Virus record (IMG/VR): IMGVR_UViG_3300010354_015978
Span: 32,001-96,000 of that record
Reading direction: 5' to 3' (one strand)
DNA: 64,000 nt
DNA from: a virus
Positions 38,515 to 47,766 of this stretch are shown piece by piece. Numbering within the stretch: position 1 is the first letter of the stretch; each line of letters begins with the position of its first letter. The notes beneath the pieces were generated by a model. That model ran no database searches and was not told the DNA's origin. It saw only the letters and a list, made by a program, of their open reading frames with translations. The position numbers were made by a program, and so were the translations under genes.

Positions 38515-39456
38515 ATGGACTTGCTGTTGTCGGCGGCTGTGCTGCCTTGGATTGTATTTTTCATCTTGGTAATCGCGCTCCTGGCGTTCGACCTTGGAGT
38601 GCTTAATCGCAAAGACCACGAGATTTCAGTGCGCGAAAGCCTGTGGCTGTCCGCGTTCTACATAGCAGTGGCGGTGGTGTTTGGTCTGGGCGTGTGGTGG
38701 TGGCGTGGCGGAGAAGATGCGCTGCTGTACTATACCGGCTTTCTTGTAGAAAAAAGCCTGAGTCTAGACAATGTTTTTGTTTTTGCCTTGATCTTTGGTG
38801 CCCTGGGCATACCCAGACTCTACGAACACCGGGTGTTGGTATGGGGCATACTGGCCGCGCTGGTGTTGCGGGCTGCGTTCATAGGATTTGGCGCAGCGGC
38901 CGTGAGTGAGTGGCAGTGGATACTGTGGTTCTTTGGCGCGTTCCTGATCTACACCGGCGCCAAGATGCTGTGGGCCCAGGATGAAGAACCTGCTGGCCTG
39001 GAAAACAATCGAGTGTATCAATGGATGCAGCAGCGCATGAACCTCACCACCGAGTACCGTGGACATGCGTTCTGGTTCAGGGAAAATGGCGTGCGTTATT
39101 TCACGCCGCTGTTCGTGGCGCTGGTGCTGATCAACATAGCAGACATAGTGTTTGCCGTGGACTCTGTGCCGGCCATCTTGGCCATCACCCAGGATCCTTT
39201 CATTGTGTACACCAGCAACATCTTTGCCATACTGGGACTGCGAGCCCTGTACTTTGCGCTCAGTGCCATGATACACCGATTCCACTATCTCAAGTATGCC
39301 CTGGCCTTGATCCTGGTGCTGATCGGCGTCAAGATCGTGCTGATGATGTTGGGAATCAAGTTGGCACCGGCCATCACCCTAAGCCTGACCTTTGGTCTCT
39401 TGGCGTCGGGTGTGGGCTACAGCATGTGGCGGACACGACATGAAACCGTTGCGTAA
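38515..39456 (+). CDS. terC: TerC/Alx family membrane protein
   Basis: EKSLSLDNVFVF, DIVFAVDSVPA, YTSNIFAILGLR; multiple TM helices. Confidence 0.93.
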   Translation: MDLLLSAAVLPWIVFFILVIALLAFDLGVLNRKDHEISVRESLWLSAFYIAVAVVFGLGVWWWRGGEDALLYYTGFLVEKSLSLDNVFVFALIFGALGIPRLYEHRVLVWGILAALVLRAAFIGFGAAAVSEWQWILWFFGAFLIYTGAKMLWAQDEEPAGLENNRVYQWMQQRMNLTTEYRGHAFWFRENGVRYFTPLFVALVLINIADIVFAVDSVPAILAITQDPFIVYTSNIFAILGLRALYFALSAMIHRFHYLKYALALILVLIGVKIVLMMLGIKLAPAITLSLTFGLLASGVGYSMWRTRHETVA

Positions 39457-39532
39457 CATCACCCGCGCTGATCTAGTGATCAGACTGTTGGTAGTGGCTG
39501 TGTCGGTATTGGCCTGGGCCTGCTACCGATAG

Positions 39533-39859
39533 TCACGACACTAGGTTCTTGACCATCAGGATCTGTTGGTCAATGTCGGCGCGCTGGCGCAAAAGATCCA
39601 GCAGCGCGGGATTGCTCTTGGCCAGCTCGACCAGTTCCTGCTCACGGGCCTGGGCCTGTTTGGCCCACTCCAGAACCGAGCGCACTTCCGGCGCTAGGTC
39701 CACGTGGGTGGCTGGCATGGATCTCCACATGCTGCCGTCCCAGACTTCGGTGTTATAGGTCTGCACGTTGTAGCGCATCATGCCCAGTCCCACTGCGCCG
39801 GTGTTGCTGGCATACACACTCTCACTCCAGGCGGTGAGCCCGGGTCCGGTCTTGATCAT
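39533..39859 (-). CDS. Hypothetical protein
   Basis: GMMRYN....EVWDG motif; operon overlap. Confidence 0.65.
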   Translation of the reverse strand: MIKTGPGLTAWSESVYASNTGAVGLGMMRYNVQTYNTEVWDGSMWRSMPATHVDLAPEVRSVLEWAKQAQAREQELVELAKSNPALLDLLRQRADIDQQILMVKNLVS

Positions 39860-40158
39860 TGTCGCATGCTTTCCATGGTGATGAGTTTGCCCAGTTCCCG
39901 ATCAAAGTCCTGTTCTTCGGTGATGATGTAGTGGCGAGAATCCATGCGATCTCGAACTCGGTCATGTGCGCGAAAGGTCACCACAAAACCACCTATGACT
40001 TTTTTGACCATGATATGCAGTCCGTCTCCCCAATTGGTGCTTTCTTCGGGCTGAACCTCTAACAACGTGTCAAGAGATTGCTTAATAGGCCTCCCATGTC
40101 TGGGCTGCTCCATTGCCCAGCGGAATTTTGCCAAAAACCATTTGTCAAACCATTTCAT
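39856..40158 (-). CDS. Hypothetical protein
   Basis: 100 aa ORF with AAGGAG RBS. Confidence 0.7.
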   Translation of the reverse strand: MKWFDKWFLAKFRWAMEQPRHGRPIKQSLDTLLEVQPEESTNWGDGLHIMVKKVIGGFVVTFRAHDRVRDRMDSRHYIITEEQDFDRELGKLITMESMRQ

Positions 40159-40481
40159 AAAGGCTCCTTTGATATCAATTTGCGACGTGCAGGCGTATAT
40201 TGTCCCGCACCAGTACCGTCACCGTTGATGGAGTTGTACCCAAATCCCAGCCCACGCCCGCCATCACCGTGTTCCAACCAAGGAGTGATGTATTCGCTCA
40301 CAGCACCGTAGCCATTACCGCTGGCAAACGCCGTGGAGCCGAAGCCTTGTCCGTTGCTGTATCTGTCACCGTAGCCAAATCCTTGGCCATGCCCACGTCC
40401 ATCGCCGTAGGCGTGCCCGAACCCATCACCATAGCCGTTGCCACTGGGGGTACCTACTGGCCAATACATGCCAACCCCCAC
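40155..40481 (-). CDS. Gly-rich G-x-G repeat protein
   Basis: GNGYGDGFG repeats. Confidence 0.55.
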   Translation of the reverse strand: MGVGMYWPVGTPSGNGYGDGFGHAYGDGRGHGQGFGYGDRYSNGQGFGSTAFASGNGYGAVSEYITPWLEHGDGGRGLGFGYNSINGDGTGAGQYTPARRKLISKEPL

Positions 40482-40708
40482 TCTTGATCCACGGGCACCG
40501 AAAAGATTTCCACAGACTCAGGGATGTCAAGATCAGCCATGGGTCTGAGATCTGCTTGCTCGGGATGTTGTATCACACCGTTGAATCCAATCTTTTCCCA
40601 CTTGAAAACCCATACCACGCGGCTGAGTCGTATGCGTCCGTGCTCGCGACGTGCGTCGCCGGCAAAGATCCAACCACGATCCAGTACCATGATCACTCTA
40701 TTGCTCAT
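40454..40708 (-). CDS. Hypothetical protein (DUF6948-like)
   Basis: IMVLDRGWIFAG motif; precedes the Gly-rich gene. Confidence 0.6.
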   Translation of the reverse strand: MSNRVIMVLDRGWIFAGDARREHGRIRLSRVVWVFKWEKIGFNGVIQHPEQADLRPMADLDIPESVEIFSVPVDQEWGLACIGQ

Positions 40709-41412
40709 GCGTTTGTCTCCAATGTATCCACTATCATGTCAGCAAAGGCTCTGTGCGCTTCCACACCTGGGTGGATACCATCGGGATCAAGGCTGTTGAT
40801 GACATGGCTGTATTCATACATGCCAACGCCAGGCTCGGCCCGCACATAGTTGGCATCAAAATCTTTTATCACTGCGCCCAGGGTCTCGTGCTGGGTGTAG
40901 TCCATCATGGTCATGAAACGAAACGCCAGACCTTGATCTTGTAGGTAGTGCATGAACATGCGTAGCAGCGTGGCGTTTTGTTGTTCCACGCGCTCAAAAC
41001 CCATGTCCTTAATCACGGCGTGGTGGCCAATCAACCATCCGTAGTCCAGCACTGTGCCATCCCAAGGTATGGTGTGCAGATTGGGATGATCCAGCCCGCA
41101 TTGTACATGATATCGAGCAGGATCGCTGACATTGAATACCACCAAGGTATGCTGTGGGCGATAAAGAAATTTGGTCAGCACATCGCAGATCGTGATCACC
41201 GTGGGCATGATACCACCGCCACAAAACGACAGATTCACCAGGCTATTTGCCTCCAGCCGTTGCGCTAAGAATCCAGCCCAGGTCTTGGGATCGCTTGCAT
41301 TGTCGCCCACATAACTATTGCCGCCCCGGAAATTCGCCTTGGTAGGAGGAACACCGCCGATACCATCAGCAGTGAAACTACACCCAGCCGTGATCAAATG
41401 TCTATACTTCAT
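40705..41412 (-). CDS. SGNH/GDSL-like protein
   Basis: AGCSFT, DGIHPG. Confidence 0.6.
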   Translation of the reverse strand: MKYRHLITAGCSFTADGIGGVPPTKANFRGGNSYVGDNASDPKTWAGFLAQRLEANSLVNLSFCGGGIMPTVITICDVLTKFLYRPQHTLVVFNVSDPARYHVQCGLDHPNLHTIPWDGTVLDYGWLIGHHAVIKDMGFERVEQQNATLLRMFMHYLQDQGLAFRFMTMMDYTQHETLGAVIKDFDANYVRAEPGVGMYEYSHVINSLDPDGIHPGVEAHRAFADMIVDTLETNA

Positions 41413-41941
41413 CGGGATCGGTCACCACGCTCCAGCCCAGTCTACGTAGATCCTCTCGTATTTCATCCGTGACCGCGCCCTCGCCCACATAACCTTTGGA
41501 GCCATCTTCGTCGCCATTTCCGAGACCACTGCCTATGCCCGAGCAGTACCAGTCGATGTAGTCACCTTCCTCGCGCATGTCGGCAATGATGCCACCGGCA
41601 TAGCGCCAACTGCAACTCCACTTTTCGCCCTTGAGCACCGGCCATACCTCGATGCGCTGGAAGTCATTGTTGCACATGGCCGCATAGAGATGCTGGCTGT
41701 ATACTTCGCTGGTGCGCACCTTGTCCAAGATCCAGTCGGTGGTGCGGAGATCGTGCTCCATGTTGTTGTGCGACCACTCAACGTCATCCTCGCTGGCGCG
41801 CTTTTTCTGCATCCAGTCCTCTTCAAAGCGTACCATGTTCTGGTAGTTTTTGTCGGTATCAGGATCGCCACCTTTTTCAATCACGCGCTCACGCAATCGA
41901 TCGATGCCAAAGGTGCCCCGCTTGGGGCTACGGCTGATCAT
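41402..41941 (-). CDS. Hypothetical protein
   Basis: LYAAMCNN...WSCSWR..GGIIAD...YIDWYCSG. Confidence 0.75.
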   Translation of the reverse strand: MISRSPKRGTFGIDRLRERVIEKGGDPDTDKNYQNMVRFEEDWMQKKRASEDDVEWSHNNMEHDLRTTDWILDKVRTSEVYSQHLYAAMCNNDFQRIEVWPVLKGEKWSCSWRYAGGIIADMREEGDYIDWYCSGIGSGLGNGDEDGSKGYVGEGAVTDEIREDLRRLGWSVVTDPDEV

Positions 41942-42177
41942 TGCAGTTTCCTTTGCTCGGAGTTTTCGTGGAAGGCATCCAGGATGCGATCCTGCTCATC
42001 GGGCGGCAGCATGTCAAATTGATCTTCTGTGAGTGGTTCGCCCAGTTCAATCAATTCTCCGTTTTCGGCCAGACGAGTCAGCTCAGCCACCATGGCATCC
42101 AGTTCTTCTTGTGTGCCTTCGAAGTTGTCAAAACAACCGGGAGCAAATTCGATCTTGAACTTTTTTTCTGTGGACAT
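41938..42177 (-). CDS. Hypothetical protein
   Basis: FAPGCFDNFEGTQEELD. Confidence 0.7.
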   Translation of the reverse strand: MSTEKKFKIEFAPGCFDNFEGTQEELDAMVAELTRLAENGELIELGEPLTEDQFDMLPPDEQDRILDAFHENSEQRKLQ

Positions 42178-42193
42178 AATCGTACCTGTGAAA

Positions 42194-42269
42194 TGGTGGG
42201 CCCACTAGGATTCGAACCTAGACTCAACGGATTATGAGTCCGCTGCATTGACCGTTATGCTATAGGCCC
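42194..42269 (-). tRNA. tRNA-Ile2(CAT) (lysidine type, probable)
   Basis: Loop CTCATAA; GGGCCTA acceptor typical of Ile2. Confidence 0.85.
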
Positions 42270-42277
42270 AGTGTTTG

Positions 42278-42306
42278 ATTATACTAGGTCAGTGAGTCTG
42301 TGTCAA
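42278..42306 (-). promoter_or_regulatory. Perfect-consensus sigma70 promoter of tRNA-Ile2
   Basis: TTGACA-N17-TATAAT. Confidence 0.9.
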
Positions 42307-42945
42307 CTCATCATTGAGCACTTGGTCGACCAAATCCCGCAGCAGCACATGGTGCCAACCATGATGCCAATGCCGCGGCATCCAGGAATGGTCGGCGTAC
42401 CAGTCAGGCTGTGATTCGGGATGACATCCTATCAAGGTCAATCGATCCTGATGTATGGCCATGGCCTGCCCGGTCTCGTATCTAGCCACTACCTGATGTG
42501 GTCCCGAACCTACAAAGCATGCCCCGTCATAAAAGTACATGCGAGTGTCATGTCCTTGCCACGTCACTGGCATGGCCTTGGGGTGTGGTCTGCTGGTGTT
42601 GGCGACGGGCTGGCGTATGTACTGCTCCACTTCGATATCACGCAACAGGTCAAAATAATGACGTCCCGCCCAGTAGGCGCCCATGCAGATCCCGATGTAA
42701 TGTCCCCCAGCAACCACAAAATTGCGTATGGCATCCGCATGATTAAACATGAGACGATCATAGGTGTCGGCGTCCCCGGTGCCGCCAGGCACCACAACAG
42801 CATCAACATCCTGCCAGAAACTTGCTTCTATTTTGTGCCGGGTAAAGATCTTGAATCTATAGTGCCCGGCCAGGGCATGCATGACTCCATTGGCGCTTTG
42901 TACAGAACACTGTGGTTGGTGTACAAATATCGCCAGAGTTTTCAT
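42289..42945 (-). CDS. BPL-N / class I glutamine amidotransferase-like protein
   Basis: VVPGG, YIGICMGAY, CHPE. Confidence 0.8.
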   Translation of the reverse strand: MKTLAIFVHQPQCSVQSANGVMHALAGHYRFKIFTRHKIEASFWQDVDAVVVPGGTGDADTYDRLMFNHADAIRNFVVAGGHYIGICMGAYWAGRHYFDLLRDIEVEQYIRQPVANTSRPHPKAMPVTWQGHDTRMYFYDGACFVGSGPHQVVARYETGQAMAIHQDRLTLIGCHPESQPDWYADHSWMPRHWHHGWHHVLLRDLVDQVLNDELTQTH

Positions 42946-43400
42946 TATGCAGGCTTTTGTTTGGTTAGTTCACACATCAACAAAAAATGTTCATACGCCC
43001 GGCGCACCGATTCATGCTGCATCAATCGATCCGCTTCGGCTGACATAGCGTCCACCGCTGCCCTGGCCAGATCATAATATGATCCGCGTCTCAGGCTCCG
43101 AGCTTCATCACCCCATACTGCGATTAGGTTCAACCAAGCCTCGTGTTCCTGGGGCGTGAGAGCCCTGCGGGGAGGTTGCACCTGATCTGCTGTATTTAAG
43201 GCCGCGCAGATGGCTTCTTCTGCTATGCGCCCGGCTGCGATCATGGCAGCGTAGTTGGGTTCTACATCGTAGCGACGGCTCTGCCCCCCGGGGTAGCACA
43301 TCACGAGATGCGCACCTTGCGGGAAACTGTCTAAAACGTCGTTGTCGTATTCGGCGCAGGGCACATAGCGGCGCCCCACTTTCTTATAGAGAGTTGCCAT
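42945..43400 (-). CDS. Hypothetical protein
   Basis: LYKKVGRRYVP start; operon overlap. Confidence 0.7.
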   Translation of the reverse strand: MATLYKKVGRRYVPCAEYDNDVLDSFPQGAHLVMCYPGGQSRRYDVEPNYAAMIAAGRIAEEAICAALNTADQVQPPRRALTPQEHEAWLNLIAVWGDEARSLRRGSYYDLARAAVDAMSAEADRLMQHESVRRAYEHFLLMCELTKQKPA

Positions 43401-43620
43401 GCTGGATCCTTCCAATAATGGCTTGCGCATCCGAAAAATCCGTTATCTCTTGCTGGTCCATGTATTCCATGATCATGACATCCACCAGGGCTTGGGCTGT
43501 GGGTCGCACACGCGGCGGCAGTGCCTGCATCCAGGCTCGCAGTTCGTCGATGCCGTCAAGGCTCCAAATATGGTCGCAGAGCTCGCGTTGTAGCGGTGTG
43601 AGGTTGGTGAGTGTGATCAT
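43384..43620 (-). CDS. Hypothetical protein
   Basis: Operon-packed ORF. Confidence 0.65.
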   Translation of the reverse strand: MITLTNLTPLQRELCDHIWSLDGIDELRAWMQALPPRVRPTAQALVDVMIMEYMDQQEITDFSDAQAIIGRIQHGNSL

Positions 43621-43907
43621 GATTTCTGGGACAGTTGTTTCATAAGATAAGCCTGCTCGCTCTTGATACGGCGTTCTTCTAAGGACGCCAAATACCGCGT
43701 TTTGCCATCCCCATCGAGTTGGTTGATGGCCCCGGCCAGCATGGCCATCAGGGTGCCTGTGGCATAAGGGTAGCCATCCACTCCGTGAATGGTGGTTTTG
43801 TTTTCTTTTAGCACCGCAGACACCATGTCATCGATGGCACGACTGATCTGGGCATAGGTGATCTCGGGTTGGGCCAGTCTATCGGTCAGCATGCGTTTTT
43901 TCCTCAT
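43617..43907 (-). CDS. Hypothetical protein
   Basis: Operon-packed ORF. Confidence 0.6.
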   Translation of the reverse strand: MRKKRMLTDRLAQPEITYAQISRAIDDMVSAVLKENKTTIHGVDGYPYATGTLMAMLAGAINQLDGDGKTRYLASLEERRIKSEQAYLMKQLSQKS

Positions 43908-43908
43908 G

Positions 43909-44073
43909 TCAGTAGTGCTGGGCCCAATGCACAAACTCGATCATGTCCGAGTCTACTTTGCCAAAGATCACGCGCTCCACTTCGTCCAAGGGCACATTGA
44001 GACGATGGGCGATTTGGTATTGATCCAGTCCCTGACCACGCAGATCCTTGATCTTTTGTTCGGTTTCGGTCAT
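43909..44073 (-). CDS. Small HTH-like protein
   Basis: LRGQGLDQYQIAHRLNVPLDEVER helix-turn-helix pattern. Confidence 0.55.
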   Translation of the reverse strand: MTETEQKIKDLRGQGLDQYQIAHRLNVPLDEVERVIFGKVDSDMIEFVHWAQHY

Positions 44074-44232
44074 ACCATGTGCCTCTCGTTGTGATCTTGA
44101 TACCACATCCGGAGTTCTTCCTCCAGGCGCTTGACTTCGTCAAAGTTCTGGGCGCGTCCCAGCATCTCCACAAAGTTTCGCAAGGTAGTAAGTTCCACAC
44201 GGGTACCAATGGGCATCACTTCAAAGTCATTG

Positions 44233-44511
44233 CTAGGCATTGTTTCTCTCCTTGTTGATTTTGAGATAGTACATGGTCAAATCACTATCGGGCTCCAACC
44301 TCAACACACGTTCCGGCAGGCATCGATTGGTCCAGTTGTAGCGATGATCACGATGGCTCCATGCCACCTTGATCACACGCGCACAGATCTTTTCCACGCG
44401 CCCCACGCAGACATGACTGGCTCGCGCATAGGCCACGTAGTCACCTGCTACCAGGGGTCTTCCCATCATATCTTGTGCTAATAATGCAGACTGCATCATG
44501 CTGTCTCCCAC
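44233..44511 (-). CDS. Hypothetical protein
   Basis: DMMGRPLVAGDYVAY. Confidence 0.6.
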   Translation of the reverse strand: MGDSMMQSALLAQDMMGRPLVAGDYVAYARASHVCVGRVEKICARVIKVAWSHRDHRYNWTNRCLPERVLRLEPDSDLTMYYLKINKERNNA

Positions 44512-44834
44512 TCTACTTCGTCCAGAAACTGGATGTGTTCACTGCCGTCGTACTCTTGCACGACGAACTTCCTGCCCTGATCAATCCACACCACTTCAAG
44601 ACCCTCCACACTGATGTAGGCATCGGGGTACTTGATGGCACAGATCTCCTGTGCCTTGACGTAGACATCATCAAAGTTGGTTTCGTTGAGCAAAAGATCA
44701 ACCACCTGGGCATCATACAGCATGCCGGGGTAACTTTTGTTCCAGGTGCTCCAGCCCGCACCAAAGCCCCGGCTGATCAACACCGCGACCTTGCCGTCAC
44801 GGTACACGCGGGAGGTTGGTGGTGCTTGATTCAT
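44496..44834 (-). CDS. Hypothetical phage protein
   Basis: VAVLISRGFGAGWSTW...EYDGSE. Confidence 0.7.
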   Translation of the reverse strand: MNQAPPTSRVYRDGKVAVLISRGFGAGWSTWNKSYPGMLYDAQVVDLLLNETNFDDVYVKAQEICAIKYPDAYISVEGLEVVWIDQGRKFVVQEYDGSEHIQFLDEVEWETA

Positions 44835-45121
44835 CGCGCCCCTCGATATATTTCTTTCATGACATGCTCAAATACCTTGGCAGTGTCACTGGTGCAGTAC
44901 AACGCAAAGTCCGTGATCAATGCCGTAAAGCCGGCCCTCATGGTATCTAGATCATCGCCACGATTGAACAACAGAGTGACCCGTTTGTTCATGGTATCGG
45001 CCACCTTGTCCATGATCACGCGACTGTGGGTGTTGGTGCCCAGTTTCCATTGCTCGGGACTGAGATTCACGCTCACGGTGGTACGGATAACGATATTGGG
45101 ATGCGGCTTATAGATGTTCAA
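44831..45121 (-). CDS. Hypothetical protein
   Basis: Operon-packed ORF. Confidence 0.55.
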   Translation of the reverse strand: MNIYKPHPNIVIRTTVSVNLSPEQWKLGTNTHSRVIMDKVADTMNKRVTLLFNRGDDLDTMRAGFTALITDFALYCTSDTAKVFEHVMKEIYRGAR

Positions 45122-45465
45122 ACACTTGCCCTCTTTTCACGGACGTCGCTGTTGAGATTGGGACGCAGGTCCCGTATCAATTCTCGCTCACGAGCATGCG
45201 CCTCTCGCTTGCCGCGTATCACTTCCAGGATGCGGAACTGGAATGCTCCGGTGCCGCGCTCGCGCATGGCTTCGTACAGCAACCAAGACTTGTCTTCAGT
45301 GCGGCTGCGATAGATGTGCTTGTTGATGCGGGTCTTCACGCTCTTGAGCACCGTGCTTTCAGTCTTTGCGGTGACACCAATGTAGAAATCGCGACCGCTG
45401 TCAATCTGGTATATGATATGAGTGCGGTCTGCGCGTCGCTTGCGGGGTGACTTTTTAGCATCCAT
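45118..45465 (-). CDS. GIY-YIG nuclease-like protein
   Basis: IIY...FYIGVT...R..KH...AHARERELI....PNLN. Confidence 0.75.
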   Translation of the reverse strand: MDAKKSPRKRRADRTHIIYQIDSGRDFYIGVTAKTESTVLKSVKTRINKHIYRSRTEDKSWLLYEAMRERGTGAFQFRILEVIRGKREAHARERELIRDLRPNLNSDVREKRASV

Positions 45466-45471
45466 GTTCGT

Positions 45472-45500
45472 AGTATACGACGCCTGGGGTAAGCAGTCAA
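45472..45500 (-). promoter_or_regulatory. Sigma70 promoter (leaderless transcript)
   Basis: TTGACT-N17-TATACT, 6 nt before the ATG. Confidence 0.8.
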
Positions 45501-45518
45501 CCAGAATAATCCATTAGA

Positions 45519-45553
45519 AATCAATGACTTACAGGCGACGTAAGTCATTGATT
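45519..45553. repeat. Inverted repeat AATCAATGACTTAC-N7-GTAAGTCATTGATT
   Basis: Same motif as 20062-20100. Confidence 0.85.
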
Positions 45554-45589
45554 TTATTAGGGCCCTATTTGTGGCTTTTTCGCAACAGA

Positions 45590-45943
45590 TCAGCGTTGGC
45601 AGATCTGCTGATAATGCGTGAGATTTCCCCAGTAATCATACACCGGGATCTTGTGGCACACCAAGGGGCGCACATACTCGGGGTAGGGATAGGGGTAGTT
45701 GGGCGGGGGGTAGGGTGCAGGGCGATACACCACCGGGGGCGGCACACCGATGACCACGCTCACAGGCGGGTAGTGCCGATGCCCGTGATGCCCGTGATCG
45801 TGCCCACGATCACGGCTGAGTTGATACCCAATCACGGCGCCCACTAGAGCGCCCACCACGGCCCTGTCATCGGCCTGTGCAGCAGGGGCAAACCCCGCCG
45901 CTGCCAACGACAGCGCGATCACAGCAACTAGTGTCTTTTTCAT
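45590..45943 (-). CDS. Secreted Pro/His-rich protein
   Basis: Signal peptide, GALVGAVIG, GAGGA RBS, promoter TTGACA-N17-TATCAT. Confidence 0.7.
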   Translation of the reverse strand: MKKTLVAVIALSLAAAGFAPAAQADDRAVVGALVGAVIGYQLSRDRGHDHGHHGHRHYPPVSVVIGVPPPVVYRPAPYPPPNYPYPYPEYVRPLVCHKIPVYDYWGNLTHYQQICQR

Positions 45944-46027
45944 GTCAGTTCCTCGGGGAAATGCCCCATTACAATATCATGATAACACAGGTGCATTTTG
46001 ATGTCAACCTGTGCTAGACCCTGTAAA

Positions 46028-46303
46028 TCACTGCAGGGTAACGCCCTCACAGGCGCTTTCTATCAGGGCCACCGCGATCGTGCTGAGTTCAGCACAATGC
46101 TGCCTATGTGCTTCGTGACTGCTGTCCCACCAAGCGTCAAAATTGCCGCTGTGCAGCGACACCCACATTTCCATGAGCGCAACAAAGTCATCTGCGCCCA
46201 AATTCTCCAACAATAGATGCCCAGCGTCATCCAGTCCATCCACCATGTCATTCACGGTTTGGTAACTGTAGATCTCGCCATCTGTGTGCAGAACTCTGTA
46301 CAT
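46028..46303 (-). CDS. Hypothetical protein
   Basis: MYRVLHTDG start with GAGGA RBS. Confidence 0.6.
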   Translation of the reverse strand: MYRVLHTDGEIYSYQTVNDMVDGLDDAGHLLLENLGADDFVALMEMWVSLHSGNFDAWWDSSHEAHRQHCAELSTIAVALIESACEGVTLQ

Positions 46304-46429
46304 CCGATTTCCTCGGTGATTTATAGTATGTATAACATAACACGAAAAACCCCGGCTCGTCAATGCATCTAAACCAAACTCATTTAGATGCATGGTTGGG
46401 CTGTGTAAGTCATTGATTTTCAAAGGATT

Positions 46430-46792
46430 TCAGTGTTTGCCCACGTTGCGCAACCAATTTTCCACGTCGCCGTACAGCGTGGCCATCATGGCTTCCCGGG
46501 TGCTGAACAACACCAGGCGCCGTGCCCGGCGATCCAGATAGTAGGGCCATTCCAGTTTGCGATCCAGATCCAGCAGCATGGCCTGTGTGAGGTTGCGGCT
46601 GTCCAGTTCCACCTGCCAGCTCACGATGGCCGCTGCGCACAAGGCTTGGTATCCAGTCTCGGTGAGGCGGTAACCACCATCACGGCGGATGTTCTGATAC
46701 CATGTTTTCATGGCACGTTCCAATGTGATGTTGTTGCCGCCTGGCAGCAGGTCCAGGATTACCTGCGTGATGTCACGCCGGCTTTTCGCCAC
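46430..46792 (-). CDS. Hypothetical protein
   Basis: GGYRLT..G motif; operon. Confidence 0.7.
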   Translation of the reverse strand: MAKSRRDITQVILDLLPGGNNITLERAMKTWYQNIRRDGGYRLTETGYQALCAAAIVSWQVELDSRNLTQAMLLDLDRKLEWPYYLDRRARRLVLFSTREAMMATLYGDVENWLRNVGKH

Positions 46793-47075
46793 GGTACACT
46801 ACCTGACCTTCCCGGAGCAGCACCACGCTGAACTTGTCGGTCTTGAACTGGTGGTTGAGCTTGCGAGCCAGATTGATGGCGTGTCCGGAATTGCTGAAAG
46901 ACACCTTCTTGTACTTGGGGCCGGGATACTGTACCAGCATGTTGGCGGTCTTGAGGTTGATGGGTGCGCCATCATAGAAAACCGCGTAGATGCCCGTGGC
47001 TGCCAAGACCTGCTCGGTGCGATAGGTTTGGCGATCTGTGATCTCGGCCAGGATTTTGGGTTTGGGTCTGCTCAT
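46773..47075 (-). CDS. Hypothetical protein
   Basis: MSRPKPKIL..GPKYKKVSFSN; TAAATA and AGGAG upstream. Confidence 0.75.
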   Translation of the reverse strand: MSRPKPKILAEITDRQTYRTEQVLAATGIYAVFYDGAPINLKTANMLVQYPGPKYKKVSFSNSGHAINLARKLNHQFKTDKFSVVLLREGQVVYRGEKPA

Positions 47076-47113
47076 CAATATCTCCTATGATATTTATCAT
47101 AGGAAACACCGAT

Positions 47114-47320
47114 TTAGAACGACCCGCCCTGGATTTCCACTTGCAATACCTCTGCGGCCTGCGGTTTTTGGGCCGTTGTGCGCAGTTCTTCCACTATCAA
47201 GAGCAGGCGCGTGATATCGGCATGGAGATCACGGGCTTCACCCAGGGTCATCATGACATCTCGTGTCTGTCGTGCTTCTGCGCTCTTGATGCGGTCAATG
47301 AAGCGATTGATGTGGATCAT
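47114..47320 (-). CDS. Hypothetical protein
   Basis: 68 aa ORF. Confidence 0.65.
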   Translation of the reverse strand: MIHINRFIDRIKSAEARQTRDVMMTLGEARDLHADITRLLLIVEELRTTAQKPQAAEVLQVEIQGGSF

Positions 47321-47766
47321 GAGCGTCGTGCCTCGTCCGCGGACATGAACGGGCCCTGATATTCATAGCGTTGCAGCAGGATCAATTTGGGGCAAAACAT
47401 CACGCGCCAATCACGCCCATTGCGACGCACACGGTACCAACCTGCGGCCAACCAGGATCGGCTGCGCGGTTCTGTAGTCCACAGGGGCAGTTGATGCTTG
47501 ACATCAAACATGGCGTTGTGCGCGGTGCCCTTGGTGGGGTAGCCATGCACCGATCTAGGATCTGCTTCGGGTGCCTGACGCTCGGCGGTTTCAAATTCTA
47601 CATCGCCCAGTCTCTGGCGCAACATGCTGAGCGTGGTGACTTCCACAGTGTCACCATAGAGGTTCACAGCATAACCACCTGTGGTGGCTTCGATATTGCC
47701 GATCTTGCGATCCTGATCTCGCAAGATCCAGTACTGGTCGGGTATCACGGCTTTGGCTTTGATCAT
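47317..47766 (-). CDS. Hypothetical protein
   Basis: FCPKLILLQRY.YQGPF; AGGAG RBS. Confidence 0.7.
   Translation of the reverse strand: MIKAKAVIPDQYWILRDQDRKIGNIEATTGGYAVNLYGDTVEVTTLSMLRQRLGDVEFETAERQAPEADPRSVHGYPTKGTAHNAMFDVKHQLPLWTTEPRSRSWLAAGWYRVRRNGRDWRVMFCPKLILLQRYEYQGPFMSADEARRS

Noticed and set aside
45118-45465. GIY-YIG gene as an intron-encoded homing endonuclease
   Set aside because: It is free-standing with its own promoter, and no interrupted gene or group I core is visible.
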